A DNA stretch of 61,652 bases, counting the filler, from Choristocarpus tenellus KU-1152 (taxonomy: Eukaryota > Protista > Phaeophyceae), in NCBI GenBank assembly GCA_964200185.2. It is 12 parts of 12 records of this genome, joined end to end, with 100 filler letters (N's around TTAATTAATTAA, not from the genome) between each part and the next. Parts side by side here need not be neighbours in the genome. Positions count along the whole stretch, not along the records: positions 31,256 to 37,885 come from CAXNAD020007707.1; positions 37,986 to 41,952 come from CAXNAD020016872.1; positions 42,053 to 46,191 come from CAXNAD020016024.1; positions 46,292 to 50,373 come from CAXNAD020016314.1; positions 50,474 to 53,711 come from CAXNAD020021332.1; 7 more parts are not named here. The stretch is one strand, 5' to 3'. The first letter of the stretch is position 1, and each line of letters opens with the position of its first letter. Of the stretch, positions 37,213 through 51,280 are shown piece by piece. Made by a program: the position numbers and the translations under genes. A model generated the notes under the pieces. That model ran no database searches and was not told the origin of the DNA. It was given only the letters and a program-made list of their open reading frames with translations.

Positions 37213-37643
37213 GTTTTCATTTGTGTTAGAAGTACCTATGTGTACTGGAGGTTTTGATACAGAAATGTTTGAAAACCATCCACTTCTAAGACTGTATTTC
37301 AAAGAGAGTGGTTCGATATCATACCGTTGATTGGGTCACATATAACTTCATACCGTTTGAAGTTCCTCACAACAACTGAGTGACAAGAACCAGAACCTGG
37401 GGCACAGGAGTAGGTTAGATAGAAGAAGCACAAGAAGGCGGTAGTACAACATGAAATGTTACATAAAATGGTACAGGCAACCTCCCACCTAACCCACTCA
37501 CCCAGCAGCAATGGTGTAGCTGCTGCTGAAGCCGAGGCACGAAAGCGCACCCACTACGACGGCGCCTTTGATCCTCGTAGTTGTAACCTCAACACCTTTC
37601 TTTGCGGTGGAAAGATTTGGGCGCCTCGGCAAACAAGCGGAAT

Positions 37644-37885
37644 GAGTGCAAGTATCTTTGAGGTTACGAGTTTTGCCCTGTTAGTCCATTTGGGGCTTGA
37701 CTTCCCACGGGTTTTTAATGACATACTACCTCCTCCGAAATGTTTCCGAGTAGGTAAAATGTATAAGCTATGAAAAGATGTGTCCGGAACAAGGATATTG
37801 ACATCTCCTAACAATCACGATAGCCAAAATTACATCAAAATTGCCACATTGGATTTTGACCCCCAAATGGACGCGGCTCTACCCT
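37644..37885 (-). mobile_element. Sola2-like MITE subfamily A, truncated by contig end, upstream of DcpS
   Basis: gagtgcaagtatctttgagg...gtccatttggggcttg...ccaaatggacgcggctctaccct is colinear with 1727-1983. Confidence 0.88.
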
Positions 37886-38042
37886 NNNNNNNNNNNNNNN
37901 NNNNNNNNNNNNNNNNNNNNNNNNNNNNNTTAATTAATTAANNNNNNNNNNNNNNNNNNNNNNNNNNNNNNNNNNNNNNNNNNNNGTAGTAATGTATACC
38001 ATATCAACAGGAAACAAATGAGTAGCCTATGTTTTAACATCC

Positions 38043-38760
38043 TATACCCCTCCTGCCAAAATCATGCTCCGTCTCATTCTGCATCCAATCGTCATTGCCT
38101 CTTCTCCCATTCCAGATACTTCTTCACCATACACTGCAATTTACTCTATCCATTCCAAACAAAACCACAAATCTTCCCTCCAATCGCTCATGCTGCCCGA
38201 GATCCTTCTCCATTGCATCACCACCTCATACAATATGCTTCGCCTTCTCTCTTCTACTTCTCCGATCCCCTCCCTAGGTCCCCACTCTCTCCGGCCATAT
38301 TCATGCTCCTTCACATGCTTCATCCTTGTCTCCTCTACGACCATCTCGAACCCTCCCCTACTCGAAACTGCCATGTATGTCCTCAATCCTCACTCAATCG
38401 CAACTTCGCCCTCTCTTCTCCCATGTTGCGGAATTTCAGAAACAATTCAAATCTCACCTCGTTCTACATGCTCCGTCTTCCTGCTCCTTCCTCTCCATAT
38501 CCTTTACTGTCCCATACCCCTCCTGCCAAAGTCATGCTCCGTCTCATTTTGCATCCAATCCTCATTGCCTCTTCCCCCATCCCAGACCCTCCTTCATCAT
38601 ACACTGCAATTTACCATATCCATCTCAAACAAAACCACAAATCTTCCCTCCAATCACTCATGCTGCCCGAGATCCTTCTCCATTGCATCACCACCTCGTA
38701 CAATATGCTTCGCCTTCCTTCTTCTACTTCTCCGATCGCCTCCAACGGTCCCAATTCTCT
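38043..38760. repeat. Direct duplication of a ~245-bp C/T-rich unit (38043-38285 and ~38514-38760)
   Basis: atacccctcctgccaaa.tcatgctccgtctcatt...atgctgcccgagatccttctccattgcatcaccacctc...tctacttctccgatc occurs twice about 470 bp apart with scattered mismatches. Confidence 0.9.
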
Positions 38761-39099
38761 CCTGACAGTCTCGCTACCTCCATACTACCTCCATGTTACA
38801 GGCGCCCCTCAAAGCTCACCTCCACAGGATGTATAGCTCCAATCTACGGTCTTATAGATGATACTGATGTACCTATAGAACTCCTGATGCACAAGCCATC
38901 AAGTATGCTGGATCTCTCACATGGATTATCGCAAAAATCATGGTATAAAGAGGAACTGATCAACGATGTCTTATCACAATGGGGACCATAATGACCAGAT
39001 AATAATTAAGTAATCAAGAAGTACAAGTATATCAAATGTAGAACTTCAATTTCATAAGGGTGTTTATGAAACCGCCATCAAGACATATCGCCTGTGACA

Positions 39100-39183
39100 C
39101 TATGCCCAAAATTACATCAAAATCGCAACATTGGATTTTCACCCCAAATGGACGCGCTTCTACCCTCTAAGATTCTTTGGCTC
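39100..39183 (-). mobile_element. Partial Sola2-like MITE subfamily A end
   Basis: aaaattacatcaaaatcgcaacattggattttcaccccaaatggacgcg...taccctctaagattctttggctc. Confidence 0.8.
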
Positions 39184-39619
39184 ATAAACATCTTCTAATT
39201 GAATTAACTTCAACTAAAAGACTCTCCTACCATTTTATCCCATTCCCATTTACCTAATGCACCTGGCTATGGTAAGCAGGGGAGAGAGACATTAGATCCA
39301 AAACTCACAGATTACTTTGCTGGAGGCTAGATTTCAGGTTGGCAAATGGACACTTCTGGCATTATATTTCTCACATATACACTCAATGACACCGTCTAGA
39401 TGAATAGAGATGTTTGCACAAATAAAACCTCACATAAAAATGGGCTCACATCTATATCCATTGTCACTACTGGTAGCTGCGTAAGATCTAAAATCTTGTT
39501 CACATCCTGCAGTTAAAACACCAAACACTTGCTAAGGTGGTACCAGTAGCTTCGCCCTCTGTGGCAATCTTGAATTTTTTCGCTATAACCATACCAAAGA
39601 TATACAACAATATATATAT

Positions 39620-40890
39620 ATCAAATGAAAGGGTATGGCAAGAGGGTTTGAAGGTTTGTATCCTCGAATGACCAGGCCTCGGGGAACCGGAGCTATGTCC
39701 CGATCAAATAATGGAAAAAAAAACGTGGCGGAACATCTCCGGCACAATTTTGAAGGTCACGACTTCAAAACGGACAAAACTGAAGTGGTTCGCTGAACTC
39801 CTTGCAGAAAATTGATCTGGGGTGGGTCGCTGCCCAAGTTTGGGCGGTGTGTGGATACCGAAAAAAAATCAAGATTTCTGGACATAATTTTAACGCTTTT
39901 TTTGCAGACTTTCTGTGATCACACACACACGTGACTTACACAACAAAACGAGCCACGGCGGTGAGATAAGGAGAGCCGCCGAGGCCACTTTGCTCTCTTG
40001 ATCTACCCTCGGTACCTTCTCTTTAGAGAGGCTACGGAAAAGCAAGTACCGTGTGACAGTCAGTGCGATGTTTGGTGACAAGAATTGCGAGTAGTGTGGT
40101 GCAGCAGCATGACCAAATCGCGAAATGGATCATGTGGTCGCGACACTGATGCTGAGAGAAGATGCATGGAAAGCATTACCACACAAACGTGGTTGGGTCT
40201 TCAACCACGTCGGAGAACTGCTCTGCAGTCTTTGCCACCTCGGGAAAACAGTAAGAGAGCGGCGAGTCCATCTCCTGGAGGTACAGTGACAAAGTCTGTG
40301 GGGAAACCTGATTGCGGCGAGCGAAGGGAGAGCCAGAGTGACCGGCCGAAGGGAAAGTTGTGGAAGAGAGCAGTGCGACTTTGTGCCATTGTGCTCAGGA
40401 AACGCCTAAGCGAAAACCTGGGTGAAGAATATCTTAGTAGTCAACAGTTGCATCAGGCCCTGGCTGTTTGGAAGCTATGTGAGTCAGAGTGGCTTAGGAA
40501 ATGAGAAAGAAGGTGTTAGGGTTGGGCTACAAGGGCTCTGAAACCCGAAAGAACGTAACCCATTTCCAGCGCTCAACGAGGAAATGTGATAGTAAAGGCC
40601 CTAACACTGTGAATCCTGTAGCTGTATATGAATGACGGGAAAGACCGTCAAACGACACTCGAGATGGCAGCAGGATATTCGATGTTCAAGTCGGAAACTG
40701 TGAGTAAATGGGAGAGAACTTCCTAACTAAGGGCCACACCAAGGTGTCGGAGCAAGGGCGTGACGGGAGGCGTTTCGTTCTGGGCCTCGACGAGGACATC
40801 CTTGTCGAGGTCAAAGAGTGGGTGCGCGAACACACAGGAAGAATGGGTGGGGAGGAGGCTTTTCCCCCACCTAAACCCAGTACTTTTTAG
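39620..40890 (+). mobile_element. Degenerate DNA-transposon fragment; N-terminal/HTH part of an IS630-Tc1/mariner-like transposase
   Basis: The frameshifted frame EMAAGYSMFKSETVSKW(.)ENFLTKGHTKVSEQGR...LDEDILVEVKEWVRE resembles the HTH + 'W..F..G...S.QG....L.DEDI.....W+R' segment of such transposases; no DDE core was seen. Confidence 0.4.
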
Positions 40891-41605
40891 TGCATCTGTT
40901 CCACTCTTGGTGACCTACAATCCAGGGTTCGAACCCCAAAGTGGTCGGTCGTTTTTAAAACATTGGAAAAAGGCACAAAATACATACGAAGTCCGTACTC
41001 TGCAGGCGGGTATCACGAATATGCTTTTATTTTTTAAATCCGATGTCTACATCAAAAGTTATGACAGGACAACCCCAGAGGGCGAAGCTACTGGTATCAC
41101 TGTACAAGTGAAGTACACTATATGCGAAACGTACGTGCTTACATAGTATTCGAAAAAGAAGACGGAATTATTACAGTTAGTTGTCCAGGAGGACCCAATT
41201 ATTTCACAGACCAAAAACTCTAAATGGTTAGCATATTGAACTACTGAGACACCAAAACACTAAGGAGTAAGTTTACTTCTCATTCCACTCCAACACGCTA
41301 TTAATACCTATCTGTGAAACACAGTTGGAAACGGGCAGACAGGTTCTTTAGATCGAAGGGGACTGGGAAGACTCACAGGAGAAAGGGAAAGGACAGAGAC
41401 AAGGCAGGAGGATGAGCAACCCTCAGAAAACCACTATGGAAGGAGTGAACAGGGGAACTTGAACGAGGGAGCTTGTGAGCTCACTCAACAACCCGATGTT
41501 GATGTCACAAGGCAGGAATCCTCATGCCATACGAAGAAACAGACTTTCAGGTATACCTTCTCTAGGAAGGACCTTTCAATGATATAACTTTTACAATAGA
41601 CTGTC

Positions 41606-41711
41606 CAAAATGAAATCCACTATCGAAAAAGTCTTATGTATCACGTTGTCTTACAGTATTAGAACAAATAGGGTGAGATGTAAGACTTTTTCGATAGTGA
41701 ATCTTATTTTG
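41606..41711. repeat. Short fold-back hairpin (~40-bp arms), probable micro-MITE
   Basis: caaaatgaaatccactatcgaaaaagtcttatgtatcac is an imperfect reverse complement of gtgagatgtaagactttttcgatagtgaatcttattttg. Confidence 0.8.
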
Positions 41712-42092
41712 TCTTAACTTCCTAATAATAAGGTGGGTATAATGTATATAATAATAAATATATCATGAACATCTTCCATGAAAACATATCAACTTGTCTT
41801 CAATAATACCCTTTTTTTTTCAGTAATGTAGTTTTCTAAGTGTAAATATTGACCCAAAGTATCTGGGGGGGGGGGGGGGGTTTTCCCACTCGTACTCCAT
41901 TTGGGTCCTAACGAGGAAAAATGATATTACAATCACCACCCAAAAAGTGGGANNNNNNNNNNNNNNNNNNNNNNNNNNNNNNNNNNNNNNNNNNNNTTAA
42001 TTAATTAANNNNNNNNNNNNNNNNNNNNNNNNNNNNNNNNNNNNNNNNNNNNGGGCGGGGGGGGGCTGTGGGGGTGTTGTGGTGGGGGGGGT

Positions 42093-42138
<46 letters not shown>

Positions 42139-42439
42139 GCTATTGGTTGTTTTTCTTCCCGGTCCCAGCTCTAGAATGGAGTTTGACTACCCCATTTGCC
42201 TATGGTTACAGGCAAAATTGTGCATAGCCTGTCGAGGACAATTGATGTCATTGAGTGCAGGAAAATGACAAACTATGGTCAGGGGTGGGACTGGACTTAA
42301 CTATGGATTGATGTGTTGTTGTGCTTCATGTTAAACAATGAGCATGCTTTCTTTCTGTGCTTCTTAGTTGAGGGCGAGAGCAGAGCACGTGTGGGGAATA
42401 GGTAGCACATGGCATTGACTGTGTTGGAGGGCTGTGATG

Positions 42440-44820
42440 TTGTGACTAGGAGGTTATGATGACGATTTCAGTGATGTCGCCTTTCTTGCTTTGACTACCT
42501 TTTTTCACTGTCCAACACGACCATACGTGCATTGAGTTTCCTGCAGATATATGTAGTACCTTGCCATCTGTGGTGTCATGGATGATGAGTTCTTTTTTTT
42601 GTCTTGTATACATTATTAGTAGTAGCAGTGGTAGTAGTACGAAACTCTCACATGTATGCTCCACATCTCTACACAGACCAAGTACAATCAATGAGTTTGG
42701 AGTCACCATTTGCATATTTCAGCTCTGTGGTGGACAGAACAAGTGAGAGCTGCAGACCAAGAGATGCACAGCTGTTTGTGCCTCTTCTTTTGCTCTTGCA
42801 TTTTATGCGGTGCTCTCCATCGCTTAAGATGTCGTTGTTGACCAAGATTCTTGCCACGTTATTGAGGTCCATTCTTTCGTGGTCCCTCGCATAGACATTT
42901 TCTATTCCAAGTGCCAAGTAGGAAAGTGTACAGATCATTGAAAAATACCTCACAATAATAAATATTTGTTGCGTCTGGGAAATATTGTGTAGGAACGCCA
43001 TCCATATATGAAAAAAGAGGTGAATGAATGGCTCCAAAAGCATGTGCACATCCTAAACGACAAACACCGAACTATGAAGAATGTGCACTGCACCCTTGTC
43101 CTTCAGAGGGATGAGGGACTGGCGCATGTCAAGGTCCATGTGATTAATTTACTGGAACATTCAGATGAATATTCTACAGTAATAACTTCAGGAGATGTGT
43201 GTACATACACACATATATATATATATATATATATATGCGTTTTTCAATGTGTGTGTCGCACAAGGACTATATAGTGCATTGCCTCCTTGCCACGTGTTTA
43301 TAATCATCTATGGTGTTCCCACCTACTAGCACTATTATCTTCGTACTACAGCAAATGAGTGTAAGGGTCTAGACTACATACTCTGTCTTTACTACCACTA
43401 AGAATGGTGCGATAAAATGGATGATGCAATTAATTTCTACTGCCACCACTGCTGGTACTGACGCCATATATTGTACTGCATAGCAACATAAACCCTTTCA
43501 AAGCAAACTACTCACACATCAAACAAGACGCTTCAAAATAGTACAAAGTTTTTGGAAATGGCTTAATTCTTTACCACTGATACAATATGCAGATATGTCA
43601 TGGTGCTAGTAGTGCTGGTAGTAGATGAAGTGCTTTCTTAGAGATGATAAGGAATGTACGGTGTTCATGTTCTGTTGTGTTACAAATTGCATCTAACAAC
43701 TCTAGCGCGAACTTTTGCCACCTATCGATGTTCTTGTATTTTCTTATGAGCAGTATGCATGCACACATATAATATATAGTAGTGGTAGTCTTAGAATGTA
43801 TCTATTGCATGTATACAGGCATAATACGATCAATAGAAAAGAACAGGCATACCTGTGCCATTTCGGGGGTAAAACGGTTACAGAGGAAAGCAAGGTGGAT
43901 GATGGGACTGTCCGTCATGAGACCCCTTCTAAAATCGTCGTATACCGATTCTCGCCTCCATGTTGACAGATCCAACACCCCTCGTACACTCTGCATGTTG
44001 CCTACCCATTTCCGCCTGTTGTAGGTACCCTGATAGGACAATGTAATCCTCCATCCCACCACACATCACACATATTCCAAACTCTGATCTTCATCTCCAG
44101 ACAACATCAGAATGTACCACCAAACCCGTCCCTCTTGCTAGGAACCAAACTCTCATACCACAGTTGACCTCTTGATAAAAGCTTAAAGTGCTTGAATTTT
44201 TGGTTCTCATGAAGTGCTCTGTGTGGAGGCTTGTCTTCTAAGGCGAAGAGGTGACCCACTGTACTTCATCCATAGAAATATGGGTGAATCGTAAGATATT
44301 GAAAAACTGGCTTATTCTGCAAAACGCCCTAAAACTGGTCGTGTCTCATTTACTTTGGCTCAATACTGTACGGTATGGCACAATTGAATATAATTCGATG
44401 CTACGGTCCAGGATAGTGGTGCATGCTCCGAGTAAAGGCCTGTTCCTTTGCAGAGAAAATCGTGGATGTATAAAATCTGAATGTATCTCATCCAGTTGTG
44501 TTTGGAGGTAATTCGAAATCTGAAGAGGAGGCGACACCATACAACAAAAACTACAATATGAGATGCAAAGGACATTTGATATGAAAAAAGGTTAATAAGA
44601 CACAAGTCTGATTCTTAATCAACTCATGTGTGCCACATACACTGAGTTTGTGTGCTGAGGAATATCTACCAAACCCAGGGGTCAAACGTATGATAAACCG
44701 TGCAAAGGGCAATGGCAAGTCATCATCGTATACCATGAAGGGCAGTATATGCGCGATGTGGATTCTTACACACAAAATAATCATTACTAATGGACAGGCC
44801 AACATCGACACTAGTTGATG
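42440..44820 (-). pseudogene. Decayed multi-exon ORF, possibly a CACTA/EnSpm-related (CMC/Plavaka-like) transposase
   Basis: Ordered fragments ILPFMVYDDD, GACTTILD...RAFCRI, YDDFRRGLMTDSPIIHL and YLQETQCTYG loosely follow CMC transposase motif order; stops and frameshifts are present. Confidence 0.28.
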
Positions 44821-47121
44821 GCACTATACTGTATCTGATTTTTCTCTAAAAAGACAGAAAAATACGAGTTCTTGTTCGCTGCCCTTAATTTATCCCACAT
44901 ACTATGAAATAAAAGTACACCACAACAACAACAGCACTTACTTCTTAAGCCTCCTCATCTCCTCCTAGAAACAGTGGATTTCAAGAATTGAGGATGGAAT
45001 GTACCGTTGAGGATGGGTTTGACCGAAAATGGTGCGGAAAAAGTACCGATATGTAGGGGGTTTTTAATGTTGCGGCACTTTTTAAGGGCCCCTTTTTGAA
45101 TGGGATATATATATATATATATTTTTACGTAACGGTTTTGGTATTCTTGTAGTAATATGTATGGCATACATACATACGTCTTCTTCCACTAGTTATAAAT
45201 ATTTATTCGAGTGTTATGTGGTTTGTACAAGTAAGGGATTAATAGGTCACATCCACCATAAAAACTTACCAAGTCGACAAAGAAGAACGAGCAGATGTTA
45301 TACATGAAAAGCTTGTACTTCGTGTATATTTTTGGTGTTAATGGCTGTTATTATCGTGTAGTTTTGGCACGCTTAGAAAGAAGGAAGGTTAGTCACAGAG
45401 GAGTTACTACGTTGAGAAGATCTCATGATCATCTTTCATGTTAGAGGCGGTACGTATGTACGTAGCGGCCAAACTTCATACCAGAGGCGGCGTCAACCTA
45501 CATTTTGACATTATTATTGGTAACGAAAAAAAGTATGTATACAACGAAGGGTTAGCAACAGACAACGGTGAGAGCTTCTACTTGCTAGTAGCATCATCAG
45601 ATATGTTCTAATTTGAAAGCATACCTTTCAATCTATAATTTGTTTGTACATGATATATGTTACGAATGGCAACCAACCCGTATCACAGGAGGCTCCAAAT
45701 CGTAAATGGAAACAAAGGATTTAGACTGCCACACAACAACCGAAAACTAATATGTACCGCAACAACAACATGCTGCTTGGAAGGCTCTGAAAACATCATG
45801 TATTAAACTAAACACAACATGTTGTCGCCGCCATCGCAGAAGGTAGTTATTAAAGTCCACCACAACAAAAATGCATACTCGGCTCTCAATACACACCGCC
45901 CATTCTTCAAGACGCCTATGAGGTATACTTTACTAATACGAATATCTGCCACATGATTGCTAATCCGACGTCTCTACTTTTCTCTGGCGCCAGAATTGGA
46001 CCAAAAGTGACTGGAGGTAAACCTAACCCGCGTGTTTGCCTGCAGCGTTTGCCTAGTAGGAGCAAAAGGTCTCTTCCGTGCCACCGTACCACTCCGTCCT
46101 GTAGACGATTGAAGGATACGTCCTTGGACGGACGTATCTAAGGGCACCCCAGTACATGCGCCTGCACTGGCAGAGGCCCCTCTACCCTGCCNNNNNNNNN
46201 NNNNNNNNNNNNNNNNNNNNNNNNNNNNNNNNNNNTTAATTAATTAANNNNNNNNNNNNNNNNNNNNNNNNNNNNNNNNNNNNNNNNNNNNAAAATCCAC
46301 CCCCCCCCCCTAAAAAAAAAACCAACCCCCCCCCCCCCCCCCCCCCCCCCCCTACTCCATTCTTCCCTGAGTGACAGTAAATACACCATTAACACATACT
46401 ACCTAGTATGATACAGTTATAGAGTAACTGTGACAAAACAAGCAATATCCCCACTAAACAATCAAAACAAGTCAGTCTATCACCAACCCAATAGTTACAG
46501 CTATTGATAAGTACTGAACAATTGAAAGAATCGCCTCCAGTACTATACCAAATGATTATAGGGTTGTTCAAGACCTCGACCAATAGGACGCAAGGACTAA
46601 TACTGGTGTCAGATACTTGACCAATCAACATCCAAAGAACAACGTCTAAACAGATGTTAGATAAGGGCCAATGGATACATAGCTTGGAGTTCAACAACCA
46701 CAAATCAAATAACATCTACCAATCCTTGATATCAGTAATCAATAAGATTCACTCCTGAGCATTGGAGATTCATTGCAAGAACTACTCCACACCTGAAAAA
46801 AAAAGGACATTACACTGGGCTTCATCAAAAAGTTCAAAAATAGGGTAACGCCACGCACAATATAATAAAAATAGCAAGCACTCTTGTTTGTTGAGATTTA
46901 AGAACCTTTCATTCCTTCAAGCAGAAAATCTTAACACAAACTTTGAAGCTCTTTATCCCACTTGGCTCTCCTCTAGCCACAAAGGCAATAGTGAAAACCT
47001 CCCAACAAATGTACAGAGTTAAAAAGCAAGACTGGGTACCTATGACCAAACTGATGACACACTTCAAAATGATAAAAAATGCTTTAAACTGTGCCAACAC
47101 AAGATCCCCTCCCTGACTCAC

Positions 47122-50038
47122 CACAAGAGCCTTCCCAGCAACCTTGAGGCCATTGAGCTTCTCAAGGCATGCAGTGGCACTCTCCTTATCAGCATATGTC
47201 ACAAAGGCAAACCTCTTGCTCTCACCAGCCTCATCCCGGTGAAGAACCAGCTGTGTAACCTACAAAAGAATAATAAAATAGTAACAATAATAAATATAAA
47301 TATAATAATACGTCAAAGGTATCAACAAAATTTAACATACAGGGCTCTTTATTTAAACATGGCAACAGGTGATAATAAAATAATCATGAACAAAAAGTGT
47401 ACCTTCATATTGTCATTAAAATATAAAAAAAGAAAATGAACTATTTTTAAACACGTGAAAACAACAGTTAGATGTAAGTACAAAGGTATCTCAACAAAAA
47501 AGAAAAAGTACTGTTAACCACAAAAAGTATAAATAACCACAAAAATACTAACTAGAAAAGTTACCAATAACTAGGGAAGGGTGCTAGAAACTAGGAAAAA
47601 GCACAAATAACTAGAAAAGTACCAATAACTAGAAAAGGTACTGGTAACTAGAATATATACACAATGATGAGATGCTGCCTGAGAAAAGAGATGAACAAAA
47701 AGGAAAGGAAAAAATAAAAAACACCGCCAGTTGAAAAAAAATAGACAAAAATCAAAGTCATACAGTTCAATATCTAAACCCTAACCTTAATGAGCGAAGC
47801 CTCTATTCCACGCACCATGAAAAAAGAAAAAAATGAAAAATAAAAAACATTACCTTCCATACCATTATCACTACCCCCCTCTACGAAGCCGCACAAACAC
47901 TCACACCGGCTCTCTCCACACAAAACACTCAACCGAGAGAGCAAACTACAAACAAAATATAACCAAAAAACAAGCTACAACAACCAGCTCCTCCTCAATC
48001 AACAACACACTCACAGAGTTACAACAACCTCAAACACCACACACACCAAAACTTCTCTGACAAGCCCCTTCCACACCCAAACCCACACCCACACCCACAC
48101 ACCCACACACCCACACATACCCACACATACCCACAACCTCATTCCCACCAATCAAGTAACAACAACCGACCTCTCCAAAGGACCGGCATATTTCGCCGAG
48201 GTCATCCTCAGTGATGTTCTGGTGCAGCCCACCCATGTGCAGCTTGAGTCCCGCAATGGCAGCAGCATTACCCAAGATAGCACCCGCAGCATTGGGATTC
48301 TTGGCCTTCTCCTCCTGAAATACAACAAGATCAAACACAAGAGTCGCGTCCGCATCCATCGAGTTTGTTTTTTTACGTGAGTACATCCCGCATCCGCATC
48401 CATCAAGGTTTTTGTCGTGACCGCGAAGGCATGAATTATCGAGTTCTAAAATATAACATTTATTTATTTATTAATTAATTTACTTACTATATATTTTAAT
48501 TATGTTATGTATGCATGATATTTAAACGAGTATGCCTTGACTTGTGTACAAAGAGAGAAAGACACTAGAAACACACAGGTACATAGATGCCGGTGATGTC
48601 CTTGTGGATCAGCACCACGATAAATATAAATAGTGTATGGACAAAACCAAGTACATACATACATACATACATACATACATACATACATACACACATACAC
48701 ACATACATACATACATAAAACATACATACATACATACATACATACATAAATACATACATAAATACATACATACATTGTAATTAAAACAAGGTACTGTATG
48801 AAAAATAAAATCGATCATATTAGCTCAATTCAATATTTCAGGTTGTCCCATTGGTGAAAAGGGTGCCTCTCGTATGTATGTGACAAAAAACGATACATTC
48901 ACACCGTATCACATCACATACTATCGTATCATATCATATCATATCACATACTATCGTATCATATCATATCATATCACAACTTATTCCCCACAACTTCTCA
49001 ACCTTCAGTCCTAGCCCTAACCCTAACCCTAAGCATCAAACTACACTCATACCCAAGTACACAATATGCATAATTAAACACCTTTTTAACAAAAAAAATA
49101 TTAAATCATGATTTTAAAAATAGTGCAAATAATAATAATAATAATAATAAATACAATTCATAAAAACCACCAGTCATCTCTTGCACTATACCCTACTTGT
49201 AAACCTTTTTTTAAAAACATCAGCTTTACATAATCAAAAAAAATTCCAGTCCTTCATCTCAAAAAAACATCCAACGAGACCCAGGGTTAGGGTTAAGGAT
49301 AAGTCAGTTCCTTACTTTTGTAGCATATTAGTGCAGATTTCAAGACTGACTTGAAAGCCACCATGGAGAATGTACATACATCAACCCAGTATGACTTTGA
49401 GAAGTCAGACAGGATCTGTATTCCACTCCTTTTATCAATGCTAATAATACACTAAGCATTCTAAACCCATTCCCTTCTATAGGCACATACACAACATATA
49501 TATATGTGTGTATCCAGTATACAAATCATCAAAGTCATGTTATCCTCTACATTTATTTGACAGCATCTGAGATTAACCTTTCCCATAAAAACAAAATATA
49601 ATTTATCCATATGCCACACTATACACAAGCTCAAATCAACACATTATCCAAAGTAAAAAAAATAGAATAAGAACAAACACACCTCTTTATTATCTCTCGT
49701 ATCCACAACACCCTTCGCAGACAGAAATAAGGTATACCTCCATACACCTGCATACCCCCATCGGGATCATCAACTTCTACACAACAAACACCGATGAATC
49801 CCCCCTAACCCTAACCCTAACCCTAACCCTTAATCTCAAACCCTGGACCTTAGCTACTTCAACACTCCTACCACAATTTCAAAAAACAAAGCATAACCAC
49901 CTGTTTGGCCAGGTAGTTCTTCTCAGCCTCGCTGGCCTTGACCATCACTGGAAACTTCTGAAAGTCTGGAACGCGGTCGTTCAGCTGAAGCACCAAGGGG
50001 ACAGAGTCCAGAGAACGCATCTCCACATATGCAAACCC
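47122..50038 (-). CDS. RBM39: RBM39/CAPER-like RRM splicing factor, internal exons
   Basis: Phase-0 exons 50038-49901, 48314-48171 and 47259-47122: GFAYVEM..LDSVPLVLQL...PVMVKASEAEKN (end of RRM1, CAPER-like), then KLHMGGLHQNITEDDL...FGEV...SKRFAFVTY...LEKLNGLKVAGKAL (RRM2). Confidence 0.85.
48652..48978. repeat. (CATA)n and (ATATC)n simple repeats in an RBM39 intron
   Basis: (cata)n at 48652-48775; atatc repeats with a 30-bp duplication at ~48905-48978. Confidence 0.9.
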
Positions 50039-51096
50039 CTTTTCAAGGATCAAATAATTAATATAATTAATTATTTTGTTTTATTTTATTTTCACCGCAT
50101 GCACGTGCAGACACAAAGAGAGAAAAAAATGGGCCGAGGAAAAAAAATGAAAAAATATATTTTAAACTAGAAAAAAAAAATACGAGCATTGGACACAACA
50201 ACAAAATGTACACAAAATCAAAGATTCAGTCAGAGCCATTCGTCAATGTCAGTTCACTACATTGAACACATGAAAAGATTACTTAGTAACAGTACAAGTG
50301 ATAGTGCTAGGGAATGGAGGGGGGGTGGGGGGGGGGGGGGGGGGGGGGGGGGCGAATTGATGTGCTGTTGTGCNNNNNNNNNNNNNNNNNNNNNNNNNNN
50401 NNNNNNNNNNNNNNNNNTTAATTAATTAANNNNNNNNNNNNNNNNNNNNNNNNNNNNNNNNNNNNNNNNNNNNGGGGGACTGAGAAAAAAAAATGGCGAT
50501 TCTTACATCATTGAAGTGGAAGGTACATGCCTGACAATATACATATGCAGTCAACTCCAAGTTAATTATCTCGATACTTTCTTGTACAATCAGAGAGAGA
50601 CCATTTGCCCTCATGTATCCTCTATTATTATGCTTCAAGTTAAGTGTCCTTCTGAGTGAGGGTAGGGGTATTGGACCTTTGCACTCATGCGTGTGTCTAT
50701 TTATTATTATTATTATTTGCATATATATGATTTTAGTCGCGTCCAATGTACTCTGTGAGAGGTAAAACAATCCTAACCCTAACCCTAACCCCCCGGCAAA
50801 CAGACACTTACAACTAACACAGTCAACTAACATGGTCAAAGCGCTGCTCAGAAGGATAGATTAGCATCAGTCAGGACGAGGACAGCACTTCCATTATCAC
50901 CCTGCAAAATCGGGCAACGTCTTCGAATGCCATCAAACAACAGTTACATTATTCAAACAACTATTCTGTAGCATTAAAAAAAAAAAAACCTAATGGTGCA
51001 GGCTCTATTTTTATATATATCTATATTTCCCTTCTAGGGGCCACTCTGTCTCCTAATCCTCACACCATACTATTGTATCTCAATCATACTATTACG

Positions 51097-51127
<31 letters not shown>

Positions 51128-51280
51128 ACTTTTCAAACAAAATAATGTAATGCAACTTCAAATAAATTCTGTGACCTATCTCTCTCTTTTGATTCATATA
51201 ATTTCTTTTTTATTTTTATTTTGGTATATGATAAAAAAAGGGTACAAGTACCTCGTAACCCCCCTCCTCCCATCGATTAC

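Noticed and set aside
38018-38991. Long overlapping ORFs of 272, 233 and 221 aa as genes
   Set aside because: They are explained by stop-poor C/T-rich duplicated sequence; there is no domain or splice support.
48500-48818. (YVCM)n repeat ORFs
   Set aside because: They are translations of an intronic (CATA)n microsatellite.
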